Source: an uncultured Bacillota bacterium (GTDB lineage Bacteria > Bacillota_I > Bacilli_A > RFN20 > CAG-288). From it: DNA of 64,000 nucleotides. Position 1 is the first letter of the stretch, and each line of letters begins with the position of its first letter. The DNA lies in assembly GCA_949290645.1 (NCBI GenBank), contig CASESG010000004.1:10821-74820 (forward strand). Reading direction: 5' to 3'. Below are positions 7,817 to 17,404 of the stretch, one piece after another. The position numbers and the translations under genes were made by a program. The notes beneath the pieces were generated by a model. It searched no databases and was not told the origin of the DNA. It worked only from the letters and a program-made list of their open reading frames with translations.

Positions 7817-10741
7817 ATGGATTCTGAAAAGAATTCCCAAACTCCAATGGAGCCCGACTACAAGGCGTATTGCCATACGCCAGAGGAGGTCGTGGACCAT
7901 TTCAAGAGCGATGCGGAGAACGGTCTGACCGCAGAAGAAGTGGAGAAGAGAAGAGCAATCTATGGCCCCAACAAGCTCGAGGAAGGAAAGAAAGTTCCCT
8001 TCATCATCAAGCTTCTCAAACAGTTCATCGAGCCGATGGTCATCGTCTTGCTCATCGCAGCCTTGATCTCGCTTGGCATCTTCATCTTCCACACGGTGCA
8101 AAAGACCGAGTCGGAAGAGTGGATCGACTGCATCGTCATCCTGGCCATCGTCATCATCAACGCCTTGATCGGAGCCATCCAGGAGCAGAAAGCCGAGCAA
8201 TCCCTGGAAGCCCTGAAGAAGCTCTCCTCTCCGACCTGCACCGTCAAGAGAGAAGGAAAGCTCAGTACCATCAAGGCCGAGGAACTCGTCCCGGGTGACA
8301 TCGTCATCCTGGAAGAGGGCGTCATCATCCCGGCCGATGTCCGCCTGTTGACCTCAGTCGACATGAAGTCCGACGAATCCTCCCTCACTGGAGAATCCGT
8401 CCCGGCCGAGAAGGATGCCAAGGCTGTCCTTGGTGAAGACACCGTCATCGGCGACCAGAGCACGATCGGGCACATGTCCTGCCCGATCTCCTACGGCCGC
8501 GGAACCGGAATCGTCATCGCCACCGGCATGAAGACCGAAATGGGCAAGATCGCCGGCATGCTCACCAATGCCGAGGATGAGGAGACCCCACTTCAGAAGA
8601 AGCTGGCGGTCCTCTCCAAGCAACTCGGATTGATCTGTCTCATCATCGTCGTCGCCACCTTCCTCGTCGGTGTCATCGCCGCCATGATCAAGGCCGGAAC
8701 GACTCCCAACGGATGGCAGGAAGGATTCTGGGACAGCGTCTTGGAGCTCTTCGAGAGCGCCATCGCCCTAGCCGTCGCCGCGATTCCGGAAGGGCTCCCG
8801 GCCATCGTCACCATCGCCCTGGCTCTCGGAGTCGGCAAGATGGTCAAGGTCAACACCATCGTCCGCAAGCTTCCTTCGGTCGAGACTCTGGGCTCGGTCA
8901 CGGTCGTCTGCTCCGACAAGACCGGAACCCTGACCCAGAACCGCATGACCGTCAAGAAGGTCTATCAGGACGGCGTCACCTATGATGCGGACAAGGTCGT
9001 CTCTCCCGAATTCCTCGCCACGGGCATGATGCTCTGCTCCAATGCCTCCATCAACGGAGACCGCTATGGCGATCCGACGGAATTGGCTCTTCTCGACTAC
9101 GCCCACACCCTCGGAATCGAGAAGGAAGAGACGGAGAAGGACAAGGAACCCCGTGTCGACGAGCTTCCCTTCGACTCCGTCCGCAAGATGATGTCGACCG
9201 AGAATCTCCGCAGCAATCGCAAGATCATCTATACCAAGGGTGCCCTGGATTCCATCCTCAAGCACACGGAATACATCGACATCAACGGTGAGGTCCGTCC
9301 CATCACAAAGGAAGACATCGACCACATCAACGAGGCTTCCAAGGCGATGGCCTCGGAAGCCTACCGAGTCTTGGCCTTCGCCTATCATTACAACGACTCC
9401 GAAGAGAGGCTTACGGAAGAGCATCTCATCTATAAAGGAATGGTCGGCATGATCGATCCGGAAAGGCCGGAAGCCGCCCCTGCCGTCAGCACCTTCAAGA
9501 AAGCCGGCATCCGCACCGTCATGATCACCGGAGACCACAAGGACACCGCCTTCGCCATCGCCAAGAACCTCGGCATCGCCGATGACATCAGCCAGTGCAT
9601 GAGCGGAGACGAAATCAACGCCCTCGACGAGAAGGGCCTCCAGGAAAAGGTCCAGACCACCAACGTCTTCGCCCGCGTCTCCCCCGAGAACAAGGTTCAG
9701 ATTGTCAAGGCCCTCAAGGCCAACGGAAACATCGTCTCCATGACGGGCGATGGTGTCAACGACGCTCCCTCCCTCAAGGCGGCCGACATCGGCATCGCCA
9801 TGGGCATCACCGGAACCGACGTCGCCAAGAGCGCTGCCGACATGGTCCTGACCGACGACAACTTCGCCTCGATCGAAAAGGCCGTCGAGGAAGGAAGAGG
9901 AATCTTCTCCAACGTCAAGAAGGCCATCTTCTACCTCCTCTCCTCCAACTTCGCGGAGGTCATGGTCATGTTCTTCTTCACCATCCTGACCGCCTTCTCC
10001 AACTATGGCGTCATCCTGCCCCTAGCCACCCTCCACGTCCTCTGGATCAACCTCATCACCGACTCCCTGCCAGCGATCGCCCTTGGCATGGACGACAAGG
10101 AAAAGGGAATCATGGATCAGAAGCCGAGAAATCCGAAGGACGGCGTCTTCGCCCACGGCGGACTCAAGTTCACCTTCTTCTACGGAACGATCATCTTCCT
10201 CATCACGGCCATCGCCTTCTTCCTCCCGGTCCTCCAGCACATGGGCGATACGGAATACTGGTCCTGGTCTTGGGAAGGCTTCTTCAACTGCATGGCCTCC
10301 CAGGACGGAAACGGAAACTTCATCGGCATCCGCTATGAGAACGGCGCCTACTGCCATCAGCTCTTCGAGACCGAAGAGGCCCTCAACAACGCTCAGTTTG
10401 CTGCCGACGGCGGCTGGCTCAACGTCCACGAGCAGGCCCAGACCTTCGCCTTCACCGTCCTTGCCATGGCCCAGATCTTCCACATGATCGGCATGACCGA
10501 CATCAAGCACTCCTTCCTCAACGTCTTCAAGGGAAAGAACTGGATGCTTCTCGTCTCCTTCATCTTCGGCTTCGCCCTGCAGGTCCTTGTCACCGAAGTC
10601 GACGGAATGAACCTCGTCTTCGGAACGACCCACCTCCAATGGTTCGAATGGTTCGAACTTCTCGCCTTCGCCATCATCCCGCTCATCGTCCACGAGATCT
10701 GCGCTCCGATCTTCCGCAAGAGAAACGTCCAGATCATCTAA
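7817..10741 (+). CDS. P2-type cation-transporting ATPase (Ca2+/Mn2+ pump family)
   Basis: 974 aa with TGES, CSDKTGTLT, PEGLP, KGALD, TGDHKDTA and TGDGVNDAPSLK motifs and 10 predicted TM segments. Confidence 0.9.
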   Translation: MDSEKNSQTPMEPDYKAYCHTPEEVVDHFKSDAENGLTAEEVEKRRAIYGPNKLEEGKKVPFIIKLLKQFIEPMVIVLLIAALISLGIFIFHTVQKTESEEWIDCIVILAIVIINALIGAIQEQKAEQSLEALKKLSSPTCTVKREGKLSTIKAEELVPGDIVILEEGVIIPADVRLLTSVDMKSDESSLTGESVPAEKDAKAVLGEDTVIGDQSTIGHMSCPISYGRGTGIVIATGMKTEMGKIAGMLTNAEDEETPLQKKLAVLSKQLGLICLIIVVATFLVGVIAAMIKAGTTPNGWQEGFWDSVLELFESAIALAVAAIPEGLPAIVTIALALGVGKMVKVNTIVRKLPSVETLGSVTVVCSDKTGTLTQNRMTVKKVYQDGVTYDADKVVSPEFLATGMMLCSNASINGDRYGDPTELALLDYAHTLGIEKEETEKDKEPRVDELPFDSVRKMMSTENLRSNRKIIYTKGALDSILKHTEYIDINGEVRPITKEDIDHINEASKAMASEAYRVLAFAYHYNDSEERLTEEHLIYKGMVGMIDPERPEAAPAVSTFKKAGIRTVMITGDHKDTAFAIAKNLGIADDISQCMSGDEINALDEKGLQEKVQTTNVFARVSPENKVQIVKALKANGNIVSMTGDGVNDAPSLKAADIGIAMGITGTDVAKSAADMVLTDDNFASIEKAVEEGRGIFSNVKKAIFYLLSSNFAEVMVMFFFTILTAFSNYGVILPLATLHVLWINLITDSLPAIALGMDDKEKGIMDQKPRNPKDGVFAHGGLKFTFFYGTIIFLITAIAFFLPVLQHMGDTEYWSWSWEGFFNCMASQDGNGNFIGIRYENGAYCHQLFETEEALNNAQFAADGGWLNVHEQAQTFAFTVLAMAQIFHMIGMTDIKHSFLNVFKGKNWMLLVSFIFGFALQVLVTEVDGMNLVFGTTHLQWFEWFELLAFAIIPLIVHEICAPIFRKRNVQII

Positions 10742-10748
10742 GGAATCC

Positions 10749-10787
10749 AAAAACAGCTGTCCAGGCATTGCTGGGCAGCTGTTTTTC
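10749..10787. terminator. Bidirectional terminator between convergent genes
   Basis: AAAAACAGCTGTCCAG / CTGGGCAGCTGTTTTT hairpin, flanked by an A-run on one side and a T-run on the other. Lies between the stops at 10741 (+) and 10804 (-). Confidence 0.75.
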
Positions 10788-10803
10788 TTTGTCTTGATTT
10801 TCC

Positions 10804-13800
10804 TCAGAACAAGGAGCGGTCTCTTCTCAAGATCCTCTGCCAGATGCGATAGCAGTATTCCGTCAGGACGTAATAGCAGAAAAGCATCTGGAAATCAGTG
10901 AAACGAAGGATCCTCTCCTCCTCGAAGCGATAGCGGAAGAGGTAGATGTTGTCTCCCTCAAGATGATCCAATTCCCCTTCCTGGAAGAGGATACGGAAGA
11001 GATATCCGGAATCGATGCGATAGGCCTCCTCCAGCATCGCCTGGAAGTTGGAGAACTCCATGTCATCCGGGAAGATCTCGTGGTATTCCTTCTCAAACGT
11101 CTCCAACAGGGTCTGATAGGTCACGGGATTGGGGAAGAACATCTCCTTGGCCAGGCCCGAAGGCTTGGGAAGGGCAGAGAGAAGCAGGTGTTTCATCTCG
11201 TGGTAGAGCGCATCTTGTCCCTTTCTCAGGGCGAGGTAGACCGTTCTCTTCCAATTGACGATGTCCTCGTGGTTCTCCAGAAGGATTCCCTCTTCCAGAA
11301 GCTCCCTCAGGAAAGGACCGGAATCATAGGGGTCGGAAAGGGTCTTCTTCGTGCGCAGGTAGGAGTCGAAGCAATCGGAGAGAGACCTCTTTTCCAGTTC
11401 CCGGAAGGGGAAAGAAGGCTTCAAGTTCCCCCGCTCCAGGAAGCTCTCCACCAGAGGCAAGGGAAGAAGGCTGTGATGGCAGAAGGAAATGAGTTCGTTG
11501 ACGGTCATCTTGTGGGAGAAGAGCTTGTCGTATTGGGCAATCTTCCAGAAGTTCTCGAAGCTCTTCCGGTCCCGATTGTCCAGGAAGAAGGTTCCCTTCT
11601 CTCCGGTCTTGGAATAGCAGTCGAAGAAAAGGCCGTGGGCGACATAGTATCCGATCTTGGGATCGTAACGGAAGCCGGTCGTGTCCGGAACCTCCTTGTC
11701 AAGAAGGGAAGCGAATCTGGTTCGATAGATGATCGTATTGGTGATGGCCGACACCTGGGAATTGACTTCATGCACCCTCTTTCGACTTCCGCCCTTGAGG
11801 CCGTTGACCTTCCAGACGTTGCCAATCAGATCCATGGCGACATTGACGAAGAGGTCCGGTTCGAGGAAGAAACGGAGATCCTCGCTGGTCTCCTTCGGAA
11901 TGCCTAGAAGACTGGACATCGCAAGGCCGTTCCCATAGATCAGGATACCGTCTTTGAGAGCCTTCCGACGGGCCATCATGGGCAAGAGAATCGGAGAGGA
12001 GAGGATGGCATCCTTGAATTTCGGATTCTCGAAGAAGGATTCCTCCTTGAAGGAAATTCCGTTTTTCAAAGCCAGCTCCAAGGTCGGCCGAGGAAGGCCG
12101 GTATAGGTCAGTCGGCGTTCTTCCGGAAGGAAGCCCGGAGTCTGGAGGACATAGCGGCCAAAGAAAAGAAGCTGTTCCGCATAGCTGCGGCCGTTGAGGA
12201 TCTTCTGGGCCTTCTTCAGCAGCTCCTCGTCTTCCTTGAGGAAGAAGACCTGTCCGTCCTTCACGGAATAGATCGTCCAATCGGTGAGGAAGAAGTGCTG
12301 TCCGTCTCGAAGGACGATCTCTTCTCTCGGAGCATTGTCATAGAAGAGAACAGGCCTTCTTCTCTTTAAGCGACGACGGACGTTCGGAAGCACCTGGGAG
12401 AGGACATGAAGGATCAGAAGCAGGGCCCGGAAAGACAAGAATTGCTGAGGGATGGGTTCGGCGTTGCCCATCTTGAGGGAATAGACATCCACGGAGTTCT
12501 CTCCCGCAAGGATTCGATGGATGGCCTGTTCGTCATGAGAAGAGAATTCGAAAGAGGCGACATCAAGCCGATCTGCCCAGGACTGGATTTCCTTTTCGAT
12601 CTTGGGAAGGATCGGTTTGGCCTTCTCCAGAAAATTCTCTGGTAAAAGGGAGCGGACATGGTCGCTAGCAAAGAGAAGATACTCGCAGTTCAAGGCCGTG
12701 TTGTCCAAGAAGAGCGGGAAGAGACCCTCCCTCACAAGCAGGTGGTGCTGGAAAGGAAGGCTGTCCTTGTTGCGGTAGAGAAGCACCCTTCCGTCGATGA
12801 GGTCGAAGAAGGGAATCTCCTGATCCAGGATGTCGAAGTCGTCGAAGCTGAGCTGATTGAGGAAAGAATCGCTGTCTCCTTCTTGGAAGGAGAAGAAACG
12901 GACCGAATCCAAACAGGCATAAGGGACGCCCATCAGGCGCAAGAACAGCTCCGGATAGATGTACTCGTTTTGATTCCGGCAATACTCCTGCACCTTCTCG
13001 AAGGCGAAACGCAGGGCTTCCTTGTCCTTCCAAGAGAAGCTGTACTTTCCTTTTCTCTCCACGAAGGAGACGACACCATCTTTCTCTTCTTCATAGAGCG
13101 TGGACTTCGCTGTCATGACGAAATTCATGCCGATGGCGACACTGTGGTTGGCATAGGGAAGGGCATCGATTTCCTCATCGAGAACGCTCGGCTTGAAGGC
13201 TTCAGAGAAGGCGAATTTCTCATAGAAGAAACGATTGAGAATACGGCGGATCAGGCAGTTGAAATACTCGAAGAGCATGCCCTGGGCCACCAGTTCCATG
13301 TCATCTTGAGCGGGGGTGGCATAGGCAAAGTAGAACTGCTCTTCCAAATTCTTCGAATCGACGAACTGCCGGAATTTCTCCAGCTCATGGAGGGACTGGA
13401 AGATCGCCTTGTCTCCGAAGGAGAAAAGAAGACGGCTCGCTGTCGCCTTGACAAAGTCCTTCGGAACCTTTCTCTCGTCGCAGAAGGCCGGCAGGAAATC
13501 CTGTCTTTCCATCCCTTCCGTGACGATCAGGTCCAGGTGCGGCATATAGATTCCGTTCTCCAGGAGGTAATCGATGCAGCGCAAGCAGAAATCGTCGTCC
13601 TCCACGATCATCTTCCCGATGTCGTTTCCCTCGAGCCTTAGGTCTTCCTTCTTGATGTCCTTGTCGAAATGGACATGGGGAAGGATGAGATCCAAGAGCT
13701 CCTCTCCGGAAACGCCTTTGTATGGCTGGAAGATGTCCAAGGGAAGGCCGAGATACTGCTTCAGGACCAGAGGGCTATAGGAGTAAGCCAAGCGAATCTG

Positions 13801-14019
13801 ACCGTCGATGTCGATGATGGGATAGGTCTTTTTCTTCAGAACCTGGGTGCGATAGAGATAGAGCCTCTCGAGAAAGGACTCCTTGTCTTCTTCCGCGAGA
13901 TGGAATTCCTTTCCGTCATCGCTGAAGCAATCGTAGAAGGCGCCGAGGTAATAGGTGCGGTACTTGGTGATGGTGTCCTTGGACTTCCGTCCGAGGAATA
14001 GGCTTCGCTGGAAAAGCAT
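10804..14019 (-). CDS. Giant cytoplasmic protein, 1071 aa, no recognisable domain (paralog of the upstream gene)
   Basis: Uninterrupted ORF with host-like codon bias. The ATG at 14019 is 1 nt after the TAG of the preceding gene. No signal peptide, TM segment or P-loop was seen. Patchy similarity to the 14021..17404 product (for example LENGIYMPHLD vs LLSCGIYYPYEDE, and LFLRLMGVPYACL vs LYARLGLPYQGYL). Confidence 0.8.
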   Translation of the reverse strand: MLFQRSLFLGRKSKDTITKYRTYYLGAFYDCFSDDGKEFHLAEEDKESFLERLYLYRTQVLKKKTYPIIDIDGQIRLAYSYSPLVLKQYLGLPLDIFQPYKGVSGEELLDLILPHVHFDKDIKKEDLRLEGNDIGKMIVEDDDFCLRCIDYLLENGIYMPHLDLIVTEGMERQDFLPAFCDERKVPKDFVKATASRLLFSFGDKAIFQSLHELEKFRQFVDSKNLEEQFYFAYATPAQDDMELVAQGMLFEYFNCLIRRILNRFFYEKFAFSEAFKPSVLDEEIDALPYANHSVAIGMNFVMTAKSTLYEEEKDGVVSFVERKGKYSFSWKDKEALRFAFEKVQEYCRNQNEYIYPELFLRLMGVPYACLDSVRFFSFQEGDSDSFLNQLSFDDFDILDQEIPFFDLIDGRVLLYRNKDSLPFQHHLLVREGLFPLFLDNTALNCEYLLFASDHVRSLLPENFLEKAKPILPKIEKEIQSWADRLDVASFEFSSHDEQAIHRILAGENSVDVYSLKMGNAEPIPQQFLSFRALLLILHVLSQVLPNVRRRLKRRRPVLFYDNAPREEIVLRDGQHFFLTDWTIYSVKDGQVFFLKEDEELLKKAQKILNGRSYAEQLLFFGRYVLQTPGFLPEERRLTYTGLPRPTLELALKNGISFKEESFFENPKFKDAILSSPILLPMMARRKALKDGILIYGNGLAMSSLLGIPKETSEDLRFFLEPDLFVNVAMDLIGNVWKVNGLKGGSRKRVHEVNSQVSAITNTIIYRTRFASLLDKEVPDTTGFRYDPKIGYYVAHGLFFDCYSKTGEKGTFFLDNRDRKSFENFWKIAQYDKLFSHKMTVNELISFCHHSLLPLPLVESFLERGNLKPSFPFRELEKRSLSDCFDSYLRTKKTLSDPYDSGPFLRELLEEGILLENHEDIVNWKRTVYLALRKGQDALYHEMKHLLLSALPKPSGLAKEMFFPNPVTYQTLLETFEKEYHEIFPDDMEFSNFQAMLEEAYRIDSGYLFRILFQEGELDHLEGDNIYLFRYRFEEERILRFTDFQMLFCYYVLTEYCYRIWQRILRRDRSLF

Positions 14020-14020
14020 T

Positions 14021-17000
14021 CTATCGTCCTCCCGCCGAAGCGTAATCCATGTATTGTCGGATGACCTTCTCGCCGAGGAAGGTCAGAAATCCCAGGATGC
14101 GGTTCATCACCTCTTCCTTGTTGTCGCAAAGGACAAGGTCGGGGAATTCCTTGAGCAAGGAGAGGTAGAAGTTGTCCTTCGCTCCCAGTTCGTCGTAGAG
14201 GTGATACATCAGGGACTTGTTCTCCTTCCTCTTCTCCTTGACCAACCGGATGGCTTCCTTGCCCGCATCGTCCTTCACGACGTTCAGGAAGTCCTTCGTG
14301 TACTGCTCGAAGAGTTGGTCATCCTCTCCCAGGCACTGCTCCAGGAAATAGTTGTTCTCGTAGGTGAAGGTGTAGAAGAAGGGAATGTGGGCGCTGGAAT
14401 AGGCCGACAGGTCATATCGATAGTTCGGATCGAAGGAGAGGTCGGAGAGGGAATAGTAGAGCGGAAGCAAAAATCCCTGATGGGCCATCTCGTTTCGGGC
14501 ATGGGAGAGCCAGACATCCGGGCCTTGGCAGACGTAGTGGAAAGGATGGTCGGGAGAAGGAACCGGTGTCCTCAGCCTGTAGTTCTGACCCTTGATGTCA
14601 TCCTCGAAGCGGAGCTGCTCGAGGAAGGTCGGGACATTGGTCTGATCGACAGAGACCCCTTTCTTCAGGCAGTCGAGGATGAAAGGAAGAGGGAAGCCGG
14701 AGAGAGCGAGGATGAGAGCCGTCAGCATCACGGGATCTTTCATCTTCGCTTCATAGGAGCGGGCGAAGAAATTCATCGTCTTTTCCATCGCATCCCTATC
14801 CCGGCTGGAGAAGAAGTACTCTCCTCCTTCCTCATCCTGATAGGCATCGAAGATCATTCCCGGACAGATCAGGGGATGCAAGAGGCCTTTGATCGGAATG
14901 GCGTTGAGATAAGTTCCGCTCTCCAGGCCATCGATTTCCTTCTTGGCACAATCGACGGCATAGGCGATCGCCAGGTTCAGATAGAAGCGGGAAAGGCGGA
15001 GGAAGACCTGAGGGGCCGCCATAAGCATCTCCGGAGTCTGCCTGTCCGTCCCGAGGACCATCCCATAGGTGAAGTGGTCTTGATCGTTCCTCAGGCTGAG
15101 GAGCTGATCCATTCCGCTTTCCAGGATCAGGAAGTCCCCGTCATAGAGAGCCAACACGGCCGCGATCGCCTGATAAGGCATCTGCAGGTAATCGTCGATT
15201 TTCGGATCGCTCAGTCCCCTGTCTCCCGGGAAGAGTCCTTCGAAGGCCGCCGTGAAATAGCGATTCTGGATCTCGTCCAGGGTCGGAAGGGAGAAGGGAG
15301 ACTGGGGAAGATAGACCCCGTGCCTAGCCCCGCAAGCCCGGACATAGGTGAACAGTTCGTTCACCTTCTGGAAGGAGTAGCCATCCGCCGTCTCATGGCG
15401 CAGAGGAATCGCATCGCGACAGAGATGGCAGATGGAGTCGTGGAAGGGAAGCTGGGGAAGGAGAGGCCTGTCGTATTTCAGAAGAGGCAAGAGGATCTTC
15501 GGAAGTCCGAGGCGATCGACCAGGTAATGGTTGAAGTCGACAAGGTCGATCTTGTTCTTCGGGGAGAAAGCCTGGTGCATCCTCTGATAGATTTCCCCAT
15601 AGTGACGGGCCGCCTTCTCGATGCTCTCCCTCTGACAGGAGCAGAGATAGGGTTTCGAGAAGAGATCGAGCTGAAAGGCATAACCATAGAAACCGAAGGA
15701 GACATACGGGGCGGGTAGGTTCTTCTCATAGGACTGATCGGGATTCTCCTTTCGGTCGAGGATCGCCAGGGCCTGCCATTGGTTGGACAGAGCGAGCTTG
15801 TCCCGGAATTCCTCCCGCGCGGATTCGATGAGACGGGAGAAGAGATAATGAAAGAAATCCATGCACTCGTCGGAAGGGGACTCGACCGGGAATTGCTCCA
15901 AAAGGAAATAGACGTTCTCCTCGATCGTCTCGCCCGTGAAGGACTCGAAGAAGAAACGGCAGGCCATCTCGTCGGAGACCTTGTCGAGCTCTTCCAGGAA
16001 GGCCTTCAAGGACGGGAATTCCGGAATCCCTTTCTTCAGGCAATAGGGGAAGTAATAATCCATCAAGGGACATCTCGCCTTGTCGAAGATCTTCTTCAGC
16101 TCCTCATTTCTCTTCGTGCTGGGATGGACGATGATGCAATATCCCTCTTCTTTGTCCGTGGCCGGGAAGAGGGAATAATCGATTCCCTCATCCAAGAGCA
16201 ACCTTTCGAGATAAGATTCGAGATGTTCTTTGCTTTGATCATCGACACAGCCGAGGATATCGACTCTCTTATAAGAAGAATAATCTCCAATCGGATAGAC
16301 GATTTCTTTCCTGAAATCCAGCTTCCTGATCAAGTTCTCGGAAGTGACGTCCTTCTTTGTGAGAAGCTGCAGATAGCCTTGATAGGGAAGGCCAAGACGG
16401 GCGTAGAGGACCGGAAGGGGAAAATGCGGATTCTCCAGCATCGTCACTTCGGAAAGATAGGAGATTCTCTTCTTCGCGCTCTCCGGGAAGAAATACTTCT
16501 TTCCGTCGACGCTGTACATGTCCGAGACGAATCCCGGATAGGAGAGAAGGTCTCTCTGAGGAACCTTCTTGGGAAGGAAGAAATTCTCCACGGAAGGATC
16601 CTGCTTGATTCTCATCCTCATATACTTGTCCTTGCAGATCTGGATCAGCCCAAGGACAAAGCACCGCAGCATGTTGGAATAGTCTTTTCGAAGCGCCTCG
16701 TTCGTGCCAGCGACGCTATCGAGCTTTTCGTCCTCCGAGCCGTCCAGGAAGTAGAGCAGAAGCTCGTTGAGGGAAAAGCCATCGAATCTCTTGGCATAGC
16801 GATAGCGTCTCTCGTCCGCTTCCCGAGAGAGGATGTCGATCATCAGACGGTCGGCGGAGAAGCTCTCATAGGCCTTCTTCAAGTCGCCTTCCAGGCGGTC
16901 CTCGTCGATGAAGACCGGAAGCTCGGCGTAGTAGTCCAAAAAGCTCTCCTCGTCCTCATAGGGATAGTAGATTCCACAGGAGAGCAGATAGCTCCGGAAA

Positions 17001-17404
17001 TCCCGGAGATACCAGTCCTTCCCCTGGGGAGAGTATTCCAGATAGCCGACCTCCTTTTTCCGCTCGAGAAGGTCATCCCGGAAGGTGACATAGTGGATAA
17101 TGTCTTCCTTCTTCCTCAGCTCCCTCAAAGGGGCCGGAAGGCCATAGAAGTAGAGGAGGGTCTTCTTCTCGTCCGATGGGAAATAACGGATTCCATGGGG
17201 AGTTTCCAAGGGAAGAAGAGGGATCTTGGGCAAGAACTTCCTTCCCATGTCCAGGATCGCCTCCAATCCTCCCCGGTCGAAGGAGTCCATGCAGAGAATC
17301 CCTGCCTTATTTTCCCGGAAACAGACGAAGTTCCTTCCGACTTCCGCTTCCTGATAACCCGTCAAAGCATCCAACTCTTGTAATTTTGAAAAAAATTCAC
17401 TCAT
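14021..17404 (-). CDS. Giant cytoplasmic protein, about 1127 aa, no recognisable domain
   Basis: Start was re-picked at ATG 17404 (MSEFFSKLQ), which forms an ATGA overlap with the stop of the metalloprotease gene. Contains Cys/His clusters (CSCQRE...PFHDSICHLCRD). No TM segment or signal peptide. Confidence 0.8.
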   Translation of the reverse strand: MSEFFSKLQELDALTGYQEAEVGRNFVCFRENKAGILCMDSFDRGGLEAILDMGRKFLPKIPLLPLETPHGIRYFPSDEKKTLLYFYGLPAPLRELRKKEDIIHYVTFRDDLLERKKEVGYLEYSPQGKDWYLRDFRSYLLSCGIYYPYEDEESFLDYYAELPVFIDEDRLEGDLKKAYESFSADRLMIDILSREADERRYRYAKRFDGFSLNELLLYFLDGSEDEKLDSVAGTNEALRKDYSNMLRCFVLGLIQICKDKYMRMRIKQDPSVENFFLPKKVPQRDLLSYPGFVSDMYSVDGKKYFFPESAKKRISYLSEVTMLENPHFPLPVLYARLGLPYQGYLQLLTKKDVTSENLIRKLDFRKEIVYPIGDYSSYKRVDILGCVDDQSKEHLESYLERLLLDEGIDYSLFPATDKEEGYCIIVHPSTKRNEELKKIFDKARCPLMDYYFPYCLKKGIPEFPSLKAFLEELDKVSDEMACRFFFESFTGETIEENVYFLLEQFPVESPSDECMDFFHYLFSRLIESAREEFRDKLALSNQWQALAILDRKENPDQSYEKNLPAPYVSFGFYGYAFQLDLFSKPYLCSCQRESIEKAARHYGEIYQRMHQAFSPKNKIDLVDFNHYLVDRLGLPKILLPLLKYDRPLLPQLPFHDSICHLCRDAIPLRHETADGYSFQKVNELFTYVRACGARHGVYLPQSPFSLPTLDEIQNRYFTAAFEGLFPGDRGLSDPKIDDYLQMPYQAIAAVLALYDGDFLILESGMDQLLSLRNDQDHFTYGMVLGTDRQTPEMLMAAPQVFLRLSRFYLNLAIAYAVDCAKKEIDGLESGTYLNAIPIKGLLHPLICPGMIFDAYQDEEGGEYFFSSRDRDAMEKTMNFFARSYEAKMKDPVMLTALILALSGFPLPFILDCLKKGVSVDQTNVPTFLEQLRFEDDIKGQNYRLRTPVPSPDHPFHYVCQGPDVWLSHARNEMAHQGFLLPLYYSLSDLSFDPNYRYDLSAYSSAHIPFFYTFTYENNYFLEQCLGEDDQLFEQYTKDFLNVVKDDAGKEAIRLVKEKRKENKSLMYHLYDELGAKDNFYLSLLKEFPDLVLCDNKEEVMNRILGFLTFLGEKVIRQYMDYASAGGR

